A DNA stretch of 64,000 bases, taken from positions 285,661 to 349,660 of the IMG/VR virus record IMGVR_UViG_3300045996_002337; one strand, 5' to 3'. Shown in pieces: positions 16,642 through 25,582 of this stretch. Every line of letters starts with the position of its first letter. Positions within the stretch are counted from its first letter, which is position 1. The notes below the pieces were generated by a model, which made no database searches, was not told the DNA's origin, and worked only from the letters and a program-made list of their open reading frames with translations. Both the position numbers and the translations under genes were made by a program.

Positions 16642-18738
16642 TTAACTTACTCCGTGACCGAAGCTTGTGAGTCGCATTCGCGTTGCGTCTCCACCTACGT
16701 ACATCGCGAGACCTGGTGAACCACCGGTGAGAGGCGTTCCATCAGTATAATCAATAGCTGCTGTCGTGCTACCGTTTAGATAGACTCGAATCCGTCCGTT
16801 CAAGCTAGTGATCTTAACCGTGTTTGGCCCAGTGAATGTCAAGCCGTGGGCCGTCGTGTCACTTACCTGTGCGCTTGCTCTGTAAAGCAAGATCGACGAA
16901 GAATTAAGGCGCACGTGGTATCCCTCACCTGCACCGCTCCGATGAATGTACAAGTATAAGGTTTCACCGTTAGCCGTGAACGTCGTACCACCAGCAAGCG
17001 TAGCTTGAGCTGCTTGGTTTGTGCCCGTCACTGAGCTTAGATATGGAGGATCGTTATGCTCAACATAGCCGTTGCCAGTTACCTGCAGCGCCGAGTTTGT
17101 TACCGCGTAGCGAGCGTCGCCACTCCAGTTTGAATCAATCTGCTCAAGTGTTGTGCCATTAGCTTGATTGAAGAGGATGGATGTGCCGATGGTCGGTTCA
17201 GTTCCATTTGGTTCCCCACCACCAGGTTCCCCACCACCAGGTTCCCCACCACCAGGTTCCTCTACTGGTGTGACTCCTGTTTCACCGAGCGCCCAAGATG
17301 GCAACGCAATCATGTACGATGATTTATCTGAGCGACTGCCTCCTTGGGTCAGTGGCATGTCAGATGCAAACAACACACGCGTAAAGTCGTTGTTTACAGT
17401 GCCGTGCGGTTCAGAGAAGTAATCCTCCTCGTCGGGCCGAACCTCAGTGTACGTGTATGCAAGGCGCTTTGGCGTTTCTGGCGTAGGAGTAAGCTTAGCT
17501 GCCATGATAACGCCATCTTTCCAAATCATTCCGGTGTTGTTTGGAAGATACCAATCTTTGGTGTAAGAACCAACTAAAACCCAGCCAGGGCGTTTAGTAG
17601 CAGTCCCACACATGTGCCACGCATAATCAGTACCGCCATAACCAGAGAACATTGGATATGCAACGCCATTGTCGAGGCGACGGTAGAAGAGATATCCATC
17701 GGGAACATCAGGCATATTACCGTCATTATAGTTCACGGATACATACACCTCGTTACCTTCAGCATCAATTGCCGTATCGGCGTGCTCGCCGTAGTAGCTA
17801 AGCTGGGTGAAGTTGCCGGTGTCCTTGTCGTAAGCTCGCGTTCCATCTGTAGTGTTGATGCCTTGTGCAGCTGCTTGCGCCATGGTGTAGCCTGATGCAT
17901 TTGACCAAGACACGATGGCGTACTTGCCCTTAGGGCTCGTAGAAATGTTGTTTGGCTTATTGGTAGTTGGCCAGCTTCTAGCAATTGTGTTTGTTTGACG
18001 ATCATACATGATAAAGCCAATCATGTTGAACTGTTCATCTTGACACGCAAGAGCCCACCAACGACCATCGTCACTCGGCCGACCTTCACCCTGAAATGAA
18101 ATTCGAGTTACGTTGTTCCAACCAAGAGCCGCCATGTGAGACGTAAAATCAAATGCTATCGTGCGAACTTTTGTTGACACATTGAAATCGTAAAAAACTA
18201 ACCCGCCATTGATATCGGTGCATGTGATGATGTTTGGATCTGTTGGATGCCACATCGGCTCACAGTCACCTGTTAGCTGCCATGTGTTGCTTGGAAGACC
18301 GAGCGCATTGGCTGCTGGTGAGGCGGTGCGCCCTCCGGGCAAGCGCACGAATGTGTTCGCATCGTAAAGATACCAAGCGCCACGTGACGACTGCGAAATG
18401 AATAGGGTGTTATTGCAGTTGAATGCCTGCCGGCGACTGTACTCATGGCGATTATGGGTAGCATCTCCGTCAACATCTGCTAAGGAAGTAGCTCTGAAAA
18501 TCTTTGTTCCAAAGGTGGGTTCAGTGAAACTTGGAACCGTGATGGAGCTTGCCTTCGATGCTGGCTTTAGCACCTGCTGTCGCGTGAGATACGTCTGATT
18601 CTGAACAGGGCGCCAAGAAGTATCATAGAGCGCGTCGAAGGTTTTAGCCACATTGCCACGAACCACGGGGGGTGCAACTCGCGGCAACGCATTTCTTACC
18701 GCGCGTTGGATCTGAGAAAACATGAAGCGCTTTGTCAT
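16642..18738 (-). CDS. Beta-propeller (oligogalacturonate-lyase/TolB-like) protein with C-terminal ConA-like lectin domain; paralog 1
   Basis: FTEPTFGTKIFRAT...RHEYSRRQAFN, WHPTDP, EGRPSDDGRWW; GGGEP linker; C-terminal domain shared with paralogs 2 and 3. Confidence 0.6.
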   Translation of the reverse strand: MTKRFMFSQIQRAVRNALPRVAPPVVRGNVAKTFDALYDTSWRPVQNQTYLTRQQVLKPASKASSITVPSFTEPTFGTKIFRATSLADVDGDATHNRHEYSRRQAFNCNNTLFISQSSRGAWYLYDANTFVRLPGGRTASPAANALGLPSNTWQLTGDCEPMWHPTDPNIITCTDINGGLVFYDFNVSTKVRTIAFDFTSHMAALGWNNVTRISFQGEGRPSDDGRWWALACQDEQFNMIGFIMYDRQTNTIARSWPTTNKPNNISTSPKGKYAIVSWSNASGYTMAQAAAQGINTTDGTRAYDKDTGNFTQLSYYGEHADTAIDAEGNEVYVSVNYNDGNMPDVPDGYLFYRRLDNGVAYPMFSGYGGTDYAWHMCGTATKRPGWVLVGSYTKDWYLPNNTGMIWKDGVIMAAKLTPTPETPKRLAYTYTEVRPDEEDYFSEPHGTVNNDFTRVLFASDMPLTQGGSRSDKSSYMIALPSWALGETGVTPVEEPGGGEPGGGEPGGGEPNGTEPTIGTSILFNQANGTTLEQIDSNWSGDARYAVTNSALQVTGNGYVEHNDPPYLSSVTGTNQAAQATLAGGTTFTANGETLYLYIHRSGAGEGYHVRLNSSSILLYRASAQVSDTTAHGLTFTGPNTVKITSLNGRIRVYLNGSTTAAIDYTDGTPLTGGSPGLAMYVGGDATRMRLTSFGHGVS
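17210..17260. repeat. 15-bp tandem repeat x3 encoding (GGGEP)3 linker
   Basis: ggttccccaccacca at 17210, 17225, 17240. Confidence 0.9.
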
Positions 18739-20177
18739 ACGTTCTTACCTTTGATTGCGAAGGCAATGCCACCCACGGGGGTTCCGTTATTACTTTGACC
18801 CGTGAATGCTGGTGTATATGTTCCGGTAGATGTTACTTGTTTGCCAACCACGATGATTTGATTCTGCATGTTAGAACCGTTGTTGCTGTTTGGCGCACCC
18901 GTACCTTCAATGAGCGGCCATGCTGCGTCATACACCATCATGTCTGCACTTTCGTACCAGCTGCCAAAGTAAAGAATCAGATCATGGGAATATGTGGTCG
19001 GCTCAAGAGCAACAGAGACGGGTAGACTATCCCCGTTGTAATACGTGTCTACAAATCCTGGGGTTCCATCAAAAATGGCCGCGTCGTAGTTCTGCACGCG
19101 CATTGCCACAAGCCCTTTGTAATCACCTGAAGAGCCAGTGATCGTAATAGAGCCTGCTTGCGTCGCAACACCGGTAAAGCAGTTGAATGCGAGATCTGCA
19201 TCAATGCCAACATCGGTGGCAATCGCCTTGTTGAATGTGATACCTGGGGCCGTAATCGCTGTCGTTGGCATGTTGCCCGCCGCGTATGTGCTAAAGCCCG
19301 CAACGATCAAATCGCCAACTTGAACATCAGCGAGGGTTACGGTTGCTGGCGTGCCAACTCCATTCACATAGTTAACTTGAGGCGTGCCTACGATAGAAGG
19401 GGCCGTTGGGGCTGTAGCTGGTGGTTCAGCAACTGGTGCAACGGGGATTGGACGGACGCGCTTCACTGCCTCTGCCGCCATACCACCAATAACAGCGTAA
19501 CCTGCATTTCCCGGGTGGGTGTAATCATCTGCTGTACCATCCGAGCGCGCCCAAAGACCAGTCGCAATGAAAGCCTCAGGCGTCCATACGTTTGCAGCGA
19601 ACATGTTTGCAAACACCGGATACGCCGCCACATCACAGAGAATGTCTGCGTACTCTGCCCAATGTGTACGCATTAGATTATTTGCTTGGATAATTGCTGC
19701 ATTGCGACTATCAGCCCACGCCTGACCTTCGCCTGCAGGAACAGCACCAGCAGGCGTGGTTGTCATCGTGATGATGGTCAGCTTTGCGCCCTTTGTTTTG
19801 GCAGCAGCTTTTCTAGCAAGGCAGTAGTTTGCCCACGCTGTATGTGATGCCGTTGCATTGAAGTTGTTTGCCTTGAGGTCATTAATGAACTCGTGAACAA
19901 TCAGAATGTTGTGCTTCGTCGCGTCTACATCTGCGTCAATTGTTGCTGCTTGCGCCAGCATAGTACCAGCGCCTGCATTAGTGGCGATGCTCATGCCCGC
20001 CACCGCTCTATTAACAAGGGTGATCCCCTTGCCGTTGAGCGGCTGCTTGGTCTGCATAACGCCTTGCCAGCGGGTTGAGGTACCGCTCGCACCAACTCCA
20101 GCACCAAGGCTGTTGCCAGCCGTGACGATCTTGAAGTCGGTGGAAGAGAGCTTAGCTCTCGGAAAAAGGCGTCTCAT
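18735..20177 (-). CDS. SGNH/GDSL-family esterase with C-terminal beta-sandwich; putative fibre-associated
   Basis: Block I KIVTAGNSLG, block II NRAVAG, block III HEFIND, block V DYTHPGNAGY. Confidence 0.75.
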   Translation of the reverse strand: MRRLFPRAKLSSTDFKIVTAGNSLGAGVGASGTSTRWQGVMQTKQPLNGKGITLVNRAVAGMSIATNAGAGTMLAQAATIDADVDATKHNILIVHEFINDLKANNFNATASHTAWANYCLARKAAAKTKGAKLTIITMTTTPAGAVPAGEGQAWADSRNAAIIQANNLMRTHWAEYADILCDVAAYPVFANMFAANVWTPEAFIATGLWARSDGTADDYTHPGNAGYAVIGGMAAEAVKRVRPIPVAPVAEPPATAPTAPSIVGTPQVNYVNGVGTPATVTLADVQVGDLIVAGFSTYAAGNMPTTAITAPGITFNKAIATDVGIDADLAFNCFTGVATQAGSITITGSSGDYKGLVAMRVQNYDAAIFDGTPGFVDTYYNGDSLPVSVALEPTTYSHDLILYFGSWYESADMMVYDAAWPLIEGTGAPNSNNGSNMQNQIIVVGKQVTSTGTYTPAFTGQSNNGTPVGGIAFAIKGKNV

Positions 20178-20178
20178 A

Positions 20179-22179
20179 TTATGCGAATCCAGTTACACGT
20201 GGCTGGCAGACGCGGCGTGCAGTTGTGCTGTACGTGGTGTGGAAGTTGAGCGACAAGGTTGCAGCAGTGGTGGTGCCAAACGTGTGACGCACGGTGCTTG
20301 TTGCCCAGTCGTCAGTGGTTGTCTCAATTGTGAGCGTACTGCCAACTCGACGAACACCAACTCGTGTTGTTGGGCTGGCTGTTAGAGTAGTGAGCGCAGC
20401 GCTCATGGTGATACTGTTCTGAGCCCATGTAACGGTGCCAGTGCTTCCAAGTTGAACAAGGAAGTCAGCTTGACCATAAGGACGAGATGCCGGTGCGGTT
20501 GCATCAAGGGCAAGCATCGAGCTCGTGCTTGTTGCTTCAGGGAACTGCATTTCGGCGAAGAAGTCACCTGCCGCGGTACCAGTAACGACACCCAGCGCGG
20601 TGTTGCTTGTACCTGCTGAAGTCGCCGCGTAAATTTCATCACCCAATGAGGTCATGTTGACCATCGATGAGAATACTACTGGAGTTCCCGTAGTGCTGCC
20701 GCCGGCCGCTGCGGCTGTTGAGACGTTCAGCAGGTCAGCATAAGGGCCAGTGCCGGCCGAATTAACTGCGGCCACGCGAACGTCATACGCCGTTGAAGCA
20801 GTAAGACCCGTGATTGTTGCCGTTGTGGCCGTGCTTGTGCCATCTGCGAACGTTGTCGGGCTGGCAAAAGAAGTGCCCGCGGTTGCGTATTGAATAACGT
20901 AGTCAGTCATCGTTCCAGCTGGTGCTGTCCACGATAGAGAGATGGTGTTCGCGGTCGTACCGGTTGAAGCCAGGTTCGTTACTGCGTCAGGAGCTGTCGC
21001 TGGAGCGGGTGCGGGCGGTGTTGGGGCCGGGGCTGGTGGTGCAGGAGTTGGGGCGACAGCATCTTGAGCTTGCGACCAAGCAAAGTGATTTGCGTCGCCA
21101 TTATGCCAGAAATCCAACTGGTTTCGAACGCCTGCAGTGTTAAGGTATCCAGCGTTGCTATCCCACGCGGTCGCGCCCACGATCGTCGGAATATTGACAC
21201 CATCGGCAATCACAAGCATTTCAGATTTTGCACCAAGCGCTCCGCCGGAAATTGTCAGCGTTGTGGGCCCTGTTACAGTGAACGGCGCGTAAACTGTTGA
21301 TTGCGCAAGTGAGAGAGAAGTTCCTGCTGCCGCCGTAGCAAATGGTGTGGCAGCAATAGTGAGTGTGTTACCAGCATCATTATATGTGAGCGTGATGTTC
21401 GCACCCGCCTGCAAGAGCGCGGCGATGCGGTCGTCAATCGTCTCTGACTTGACTGTCCAGGTTGCTCCAGAGGCCGAAACAATAACATCGCCCTTGTCAC
21501 CATCCGTTACGCCAGCACCGCCCCCACCAGCTTCCACGTTTGGTTGAAGCCAGACTGCAGCACCACCGACTGGATTTGAAAGCACAAACAGCTTGCTGTT
21601 CGCAGTATTCAACCAAATAGATCCAAGAGCATAGCCTTTTGTTTCATCGTCGGTAACTGTCGGATCAGTTGTTGCGCTGAAGTTGTTAAGCGCCTGCGTC
21701 TCTCCAACTACCCAGTAATCAGTGCCGTCAAAGATAAACGAAATTTTCAAGCGGGCATTGGGCAGCAGCTTAAATGAAGTGATGGACGCGTTCTGCGCCA
21801 ATGAAATGCATGGAGGAATTGTAATGGTGCGAATTGTAGCACCACCGTTCGTGATCGTCCAATTGAACTGTTGGCCCGGCGAGGGAGTTCCACCAAACGT
21901 GAACTCGGTATCTGCTGCAACGTCGAGTGTTTGATTCTCACCAACTGCAACTTGAATAACGTTGCCGGCAGTGTTCACCGGAGCACTAACAGTTGCGCCT
22001 GGCATCGTCACAACACCAGTGAACTGTGGCGAGGCCGAGTTGGCCTTTAGCGCCAACGCTGCAGTGACTGCTGTACTGACTGGTTTATTTGCGTCAGATG
22101 TGTTATCAACGTTGGCAAGACCCACAGCGGCCTTAGTAGCAACTGTGGTCTCAATTGGAAATGATGTAATGGTAGCCAA
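20179..22179 (-). CDS. Tail/head fibre protein with fibronectin type III domain
   Basis: KAAVGLANVDNTSDANKPVS and DGDKGDV fibre motifs; FN3 (ISLSWTAP...YVIQY...GLTASTAYDVRVAAVN); Pro-rich linker. Confidence 0.75.
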   Translation of the reverse strand: MATITSFPIETTVATKAAVGLANVDNTSDANKPVSTAVTAALALKANSASPQFTGVVTMPGATVSAPVNTAGNVIQVAVGENQTLDVAADTEFTFGGTPSPGQQFNWTITNGGATIRTITIPPCISLAQNASITSFKLLPNARLKISFIFDGTDYWVVGETQALNNFSATTDPTVTDDETKGYALGSIWLNTANSKLFVLSNPVGGAAVWLQPNVEAGGGGAGVTDGDKGDVIVSASGATWTVKSETIDDRIAALLQAGANITLTYNDAGNTLTIAATPFATAAAGTSLSLAQSTVYAPFTVTGPTTLTISGGALGAKSEMLVIADGVNIPTIVGATAWDSNAGYLNTAGVRNQLDFWHNGDANHFAWSQAQDAVAPTPAPPAPAPTPPAPAPATAPDAVTNLASTGTTANTISLSWTAPAGTMTDYVIQYATAGTSFASPTTFADGTSTATTATITGLTASTAYDVRVAAVNSAGTGPYADLLNVSTAAAAGGSTTGTPVVFSSMVNMTSLGDEIYAATSAGTSNTALGVVTGTAAGDFFAEMQFPEATSTSSMLALDATAPASRPYGQADFLVQLGSTGTVTWAQNSITMSAALTTLTASPTTRVGVRRVGSTLTIETTTDDWATSTVRHTFGTTTAATLSLNFHTTYSTTARRVCQPRVTGFA

Positions 22180-22200
22180 ATTATTCTCCTGAGAACGCTC

Positions 22201-22206
22201 TATTTA
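22201..22206 (-). promoter_or_regulatory. Late promoter TAAATA
   Basis: Intergenic, upstream of fibre gene. Confidence 0.6.
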
Positions 22207-22209
22207 AGG

Positions 22210-25200
22210 TTACTGCTGTGTGGTCAAGAAGTTTCCGTTTGAATCAGTTAGGAAGTTTCCGTTTGAATCTGTCAAGAAGACTTCATCACTCGGCGCTCCT
22301 GTGCTTGCTTCACCATTATGGCGGAAGTCTGAAATTGTTACGTTCGCTGGTACGCCGTTTGCAAAGATTCCAAAACCCGGATATCCACCAGTTAATGGTG
22401 TCGTATCAGTATAGTCAATGCTCGGCGTGCTAGATCCATTGAGATAAACGCGAACACGGCCAGCGAAGGTAGTCATACGAACGGTGATGCCAGACGCGGG
22501 GATATCAAAGCCGTGTGATTGAGAGCCTGAGAGTGTGGTTCCACGGTAAAGCTGAATGGAACCTGGGAGCACACGAACTTGATAAAAGTTATTGCCACCT
22601 GAGTTGTTAGCATACAAATATGCTTGCTCTCCACCTTCCGCCCAAGCACCACCACCAGCTGCCAGTGTAAACTGCGCAGCTTGATTATTGCCGATAGTTT
22701 TTCCAAGCAGGACGGTTCCTTCGGTGTACCCGTTTCCAGCGGCCCGCATTGTCGAATCTGTTACCGCATAGGATGTAGAGTCGCCAAACCAATCGGCGTC
22801 AATTGCTTCAAGCGTAGTTCCATTTGCTTGGTTAAACGTTACGATGGTCGTTGGCGTTGGCTCTGAGGCTGGAAGCTCGACGGTAGAAGTGTTTGAGTAC
22901 GCAACAACATCAGGCCCTTGGTTGTTGGAACCAGTGACCCGTAAACGCCACTCACCTGCAACATCGAGTGTTGGACTAAGCACCGTAAAGCTGCTGTCGG
23001 TCCAAGTGCCAGAGACATTTCGCTGCCACATGAAGGCGAGAGTTGGCGCCGGGTTTCCAGTCCAAGTTCCTGCATCACCAACCATTGCAGTGCCGACGTT
23101 TCCAGTTGGATTAATCGACGGGGCGACAGTGTTTGCGGTGGCTGACAACGGCGCGGTTACGATAACATTCGACGCGGTGCTGAGTGTTCCACCAACGTTT
23201 GTCGCGCTTTCAAACCAACGATAATAAACGCCGTTCGGCGTGCCGCTCGGGATAACGTATGTTGACCCAGTTGCTGCTGGTGCAATCGCTGTCCAAGTCG
23301 TTCCATCGGCTGAAGTTTCCCATGCCCCGCTAACTATTGGAGTCGGCACGCCGACATAGGATCCAAGAACTCGTGAAATGGTTCCATCAGCGGCGTAAGT
23401 GCCAGATACACTCGGTGAAGCGGTGCGCTGTGGCGCAGAGCTTCCAGCCACAGGGAATGCGTCTGACGGCAGGATAAGGGCGTATGAAACTAGCTCGTTA
23501 GACCCATCAAAGTTGCTGGCAAAAACGATGCGTGTCAAGTCTTGGTTTGGCGTTGCATGAGGTTCGGCTTCATATGGCGAACCAGTGGAGCGGTGATGGG
23601 CAAGACGATAGAGCTTAGCTGGACGCTCCATTGTAGGTGGTTGAATTTCAGCAACAACGATTTGACCGTCATATGAACCGTTACCAACGCCGGAGTATTT
23701 GGAAAGAACAACAAAGCCTGGGCGCGAGGTGCAGGTACCGGAAATGTGGAAGCCGTCGCCTGTTCCACCGTTAAACGGTAGGAACGGAATTTCCCAAGTG
23801 CCACCACCATCAAGACGGCGCACAAAAATAGTGTCGCGCGTTAGACCATCTGCGGTTCCATGAAGCGAAATGGCAACAAGAACTTCAACAATCTCGTCAT
23901 TTTCATCGATATAATAAGCAAGGTCGCTATGTTCACCTAGAACGCTCAGCGCGGTGAACGAAGAAAAATCTGCAGTATACGCTCTTGCGCCTCGGGCCTG
24001 TGTAATCGGTGCTGCTTGTTCATCTGCCATGTTGGCAGCTGCGCTCGTGTACCACGATGGCACCGCATATTCGCCAGTAAATGACGTGCTAATGTGGTCA
24101 GGTGGGTTAGTTCCGCCAACAACAACGCTGCCAATGATTTGGTCAAGACCAAGATCATACATGATCAGGCCAATGTGAATATCATTCTGGTCATTGACCA
24201 TCAGCGCCCAACGATTCCAATCATGTGAAGGGCGCCCTTCACCTTTGAAATAGGCCTTTCGCGCATTTAACCAGACGCCGCCCATTTCTTGAAATTTTGG
24301 CGTAAGATCAAAAAGCACGGACGTTGTGTGGGTGAAGACGTCACGCACATACCAGATCAATCCACCATTTCTCGCAGTGTACGCAAGCTTTGCGCGATCC
24401 GTTGGATGCCAAATTGGATCACAGCCGCCCGCCAATCCAGGAATCGCTCCGTTTCCTGGAGGTCCAATACGGCCAGAATAAATTAACTCGAGTGAAATCG
24501 CGTCAAATTGGTACCAGAAACCATTTGACGCCTTCATCAACATGCGAGACCCATCAGCATTGTATACCTGACGCCGGGAATAATCATGCCGGAAATTGGT
24601 AACGGTTGCATCGGGGGCGTCGACGATAGAAACTAGCTTACGGACCTCGACATTAAATGCTGGATCTGTGTAACCGCCCACAAACAGGTTTTCACTTTTA
24701 GCAGGTGCCGTCACCGCGGGTTGGGTGACCGCTGCAGTGCCCTCATCAGCTACCCAGCTCACGTCATAGAGGTGGTCAAAAATTGGAGAGCCAAGGCCCC
24801 GGGCCGGGTTAGTCACCTGCAAATGAAAATATGAGGTCGACATCAACGCGCCGTCTGACAACGTGTAAGGTACCGTGAAATCACCAACGAAGTCAAGCGT
24901 TGGCATAAATGTGAAGCTTTGGTTAGCGTTTAACGTCAACGAGCCATTGGCCAGCGTAATTGATTCGCCGACAGAAATACCAATACCATTCACCTCTACA
25001 ATTGAAATACTTGAGCCAGCATCAATATCTGAATCGTTTTCTAGTGGCCAAAATACTACCGGGGTATTGATGATCGTTGTCGCAAAGTCGCCAATTGATC
25101 GAGGCGCGTCATTGACTGCGATGATTGTGATTGTCAGAGTTGATTGCTTTACGTCTGTGCCGTTTGTCGCTTGATAGGTGATCAGCGGCACCTCACCATT

Positions 25201-25518
25201 CCAGTCAGGAGATGGGGTGAACGTCCATGCCCCCGTTGCGGCCAACGTAAAACGGCCGGTGCTTGGAATGTCACATGGCTGCCCCACCGCAAAAATGCCA
25301 GTCACGCCGGCCACGGTAAACTGCGTGGCCGTCAGTGTGCCAGTTGTTGCAATGTCGTTTTGAAGTACATTTCCTGAAAGAGCGTTGTCTTCGAAACCAG
25401 AGGCGACGTCGGGGTTCAAAGTTAGACTTGATGGAGGCGTTAGATTATATGCATCTAAAACCGTCGTTGCACCGTAATGAATTTTACCCTCACGGTTGTT
25501 AAATCTAAAACCTGGCAT
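22210..25518 (-). CDS. Large adhesin-like virion protein: 2 cadherin/VCBS-like Ig domains, beta-propeller, 2 Ig-like domains, ConA-like domain; paralog 2
   Basis: EDNALSGNVLQND, AVNDAP..GDF, RHDYSRRQVYN, WHPTD, GEGRPSHD; C-terminal FLTDSNGN repeat. Confidence 0.7.
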   Translation of the reverse strand: MPGFRFNNREGKIHYGATTVLDAYNLTPPSSLTLNPDVASGFEDNALSGNVLQNDIATTGTLTATQFTVAGVTGIFAVGQPCDIPSTGRFTLAATGAWTFTPSPDWNGEVPLITYQATNGTDVKQSTLTITIIAVNDAPRSIGDFATTIINTPVVFWPLENDSDIDAGSSISIVEVNGIGISVGESITLANGSLTLNANQSFTFMPTLDFVGDFTVPYTLSDGALMSTSYFHLQVTNPARGLGSPIFDHLYDVSWVADEGTAAVTQPAVTAPAKSENLFVGGYTDPAFNVEVRKLVSIVDAPDATVTNFRHDYSRRQVYNADGSRMLMKASNGFWYQFDAISLELIYSGRIGPPGNGAIPGLAGGCDPIWHPTDRAKLAYTARNGGLIWYVRDVFTHTTSVLFDLTPKFQEMGGVWLNARKAYFKGEGRPSHDWNRWALMVNDQNDIHIGLIMYDLGLDQIIGSVVVGGTNPPDHISTSFTGEYAVPSWYTSAAANMADEQAAPITQARGARAYTADFSSFTALSVLGEHSDLAYYIDENDEIVEVLVAISLHGTADGLTRDTIFVRRLDGGGTWEIPFLPFNGGTGDGFHISGTCTSRPGFVVLSKYSGVGNGSYDGQIVVAEIQPPTMERPAKLYRLAHHRSTGSPYEAEPHATPNQDLTRIVFASNFDGSNELVSYALILPSDAFPVAGSSAPQRTASPSVSGTYAADGTISRVLGSYVGVPTPIVSGAWETSADGTTWTAIAPAATGSTYVIPSGTPNGVYYRWFESATNVGGTLSTASNVIVTAPLSATANTVAPSINPTGNVGTAMVGDAGTWTGNPAPTLAFMWQRNVSGTWTDSSFTVLSPTLDVAGEWRLRVTGSNNQGPDVVAYSNTSTVELPASEPTPTTIVTFNQANGTTLEAIDADWFGDSTSYAVTDSTMRAAGNGYTEGTVLLGKTIGNNQAAQFTLAAGGGAWAEGGEQAYLYANNSGGNNFYQVRVLPGSIQLYRGTTLSGSQSHGFDIPASGITVRMTTFAGRVRVYLNGSSTPSIDYTDTTPLTGGYPGFGIFANGVPANVTISDFRHNGEASTGAPSDEVFLTDSNGNFLTDSNGNFLTTQQ
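22224..22279. repeat. Imperfect 24-bp tandem repeat encoding FLTDSNGN-FLTDSNGN-FLT
   Basis: gaagtttccgtttgaatc occurs twice. Confidence 0.8.
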
Positions 25519-25545
25519 CAGAAGTTCCCTGTTATTTTCAGTGTG

Positions 25546-25551
25546 TATTTA
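25546..25551 (-). promoter_or_regulatory. Late promoter TAAATA
   Basis: Between the terminator hairpin and paralog 2 start. Confidence 0.65.
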
Positions 25552-25553
25552 GG

Positions 25554-25581
25554 ATTCTGAACGGCTTTCGCCGTTCAGAAT
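25554..25581. terminator. Terminator hairpin after paralog 3
   Basis: ATTCTGAACGG-CTTTCG-CCGTTCAGAAT. Confidence 0.7.
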
Positions 25582-25582
25582 T

